The translations under genes and the position numbers were made by a program. From positions 77,996,001-78,060,000 of the forward strand of contig OX597816.1 of assembly GCA_951406725.2 (NCBI GenBank): a stretch of 64,000 bases of DNA, read 5' to 3'. The notes beneath the pieces were generated by a model. That model was not told the DNA's origin. It saw nothing but the letters and a program-made list of their open reading frames with translations, and did not search any database. Below are positions 63,933 to 64,000 of this stretch, one piece after another. Each line of letters begins with the position of its first letter. Position 1 is the first letter of the stretch. The stretch is from Octopus vulgaris (Eukaryota).

Positions 63933-64000
63933 TAACGTTTTCCCCACTATAACATGGGTGCTCTATAAAGAACTATGTTACTACATTTTAACCCCAAGAA

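Overview
Repeat-rich, AT-rich eukaryotic DNA. The microsatellite load, SINE families and neuropeptide content point to a coleoid cephalopod, probably Octopus; this is inferred, not proven. The one host gene I can support is a 3-exon, + strand neuropeptide precursor spanning about 17.95-41.16 kb. It has a TATA/Inr promoter, an exon 1 whose only coding bases are the ATG, a signal peptide and an 8-Cys peptide ending in an amidation signal. These are followed by KR-flanked tetrapeptides SGWY, GSWD and 3x GSWN, which match the achatin / octopus cardioactive peptide Ocp-3/4 type. Downstream (about 41.75-60.0 kb) is an 18-kb pile-up of elements separated by (AAT)n tracts. It holds six copies from three families of R4/Dong-like RT + restriction-like-endonuclease retrotransposons, an L1/Tx1-like fragment, two of three copies of a non-coding ~540-bp element with fixed ends, and a GC-rich CR1-type LINE nested antisense in one Dong copy. 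Elsewhere are a Penelope-like GIY-YIG element with an inverted terminal repeat, several minimal hammerhead-ribozyme motifs, mariner, Helitron and hAT remnants, foldback MITE-like elements and many tRNA-derived SINEs. Most ORF-track entries are microsatellite artefacts. All calls are by eye, without database searches.
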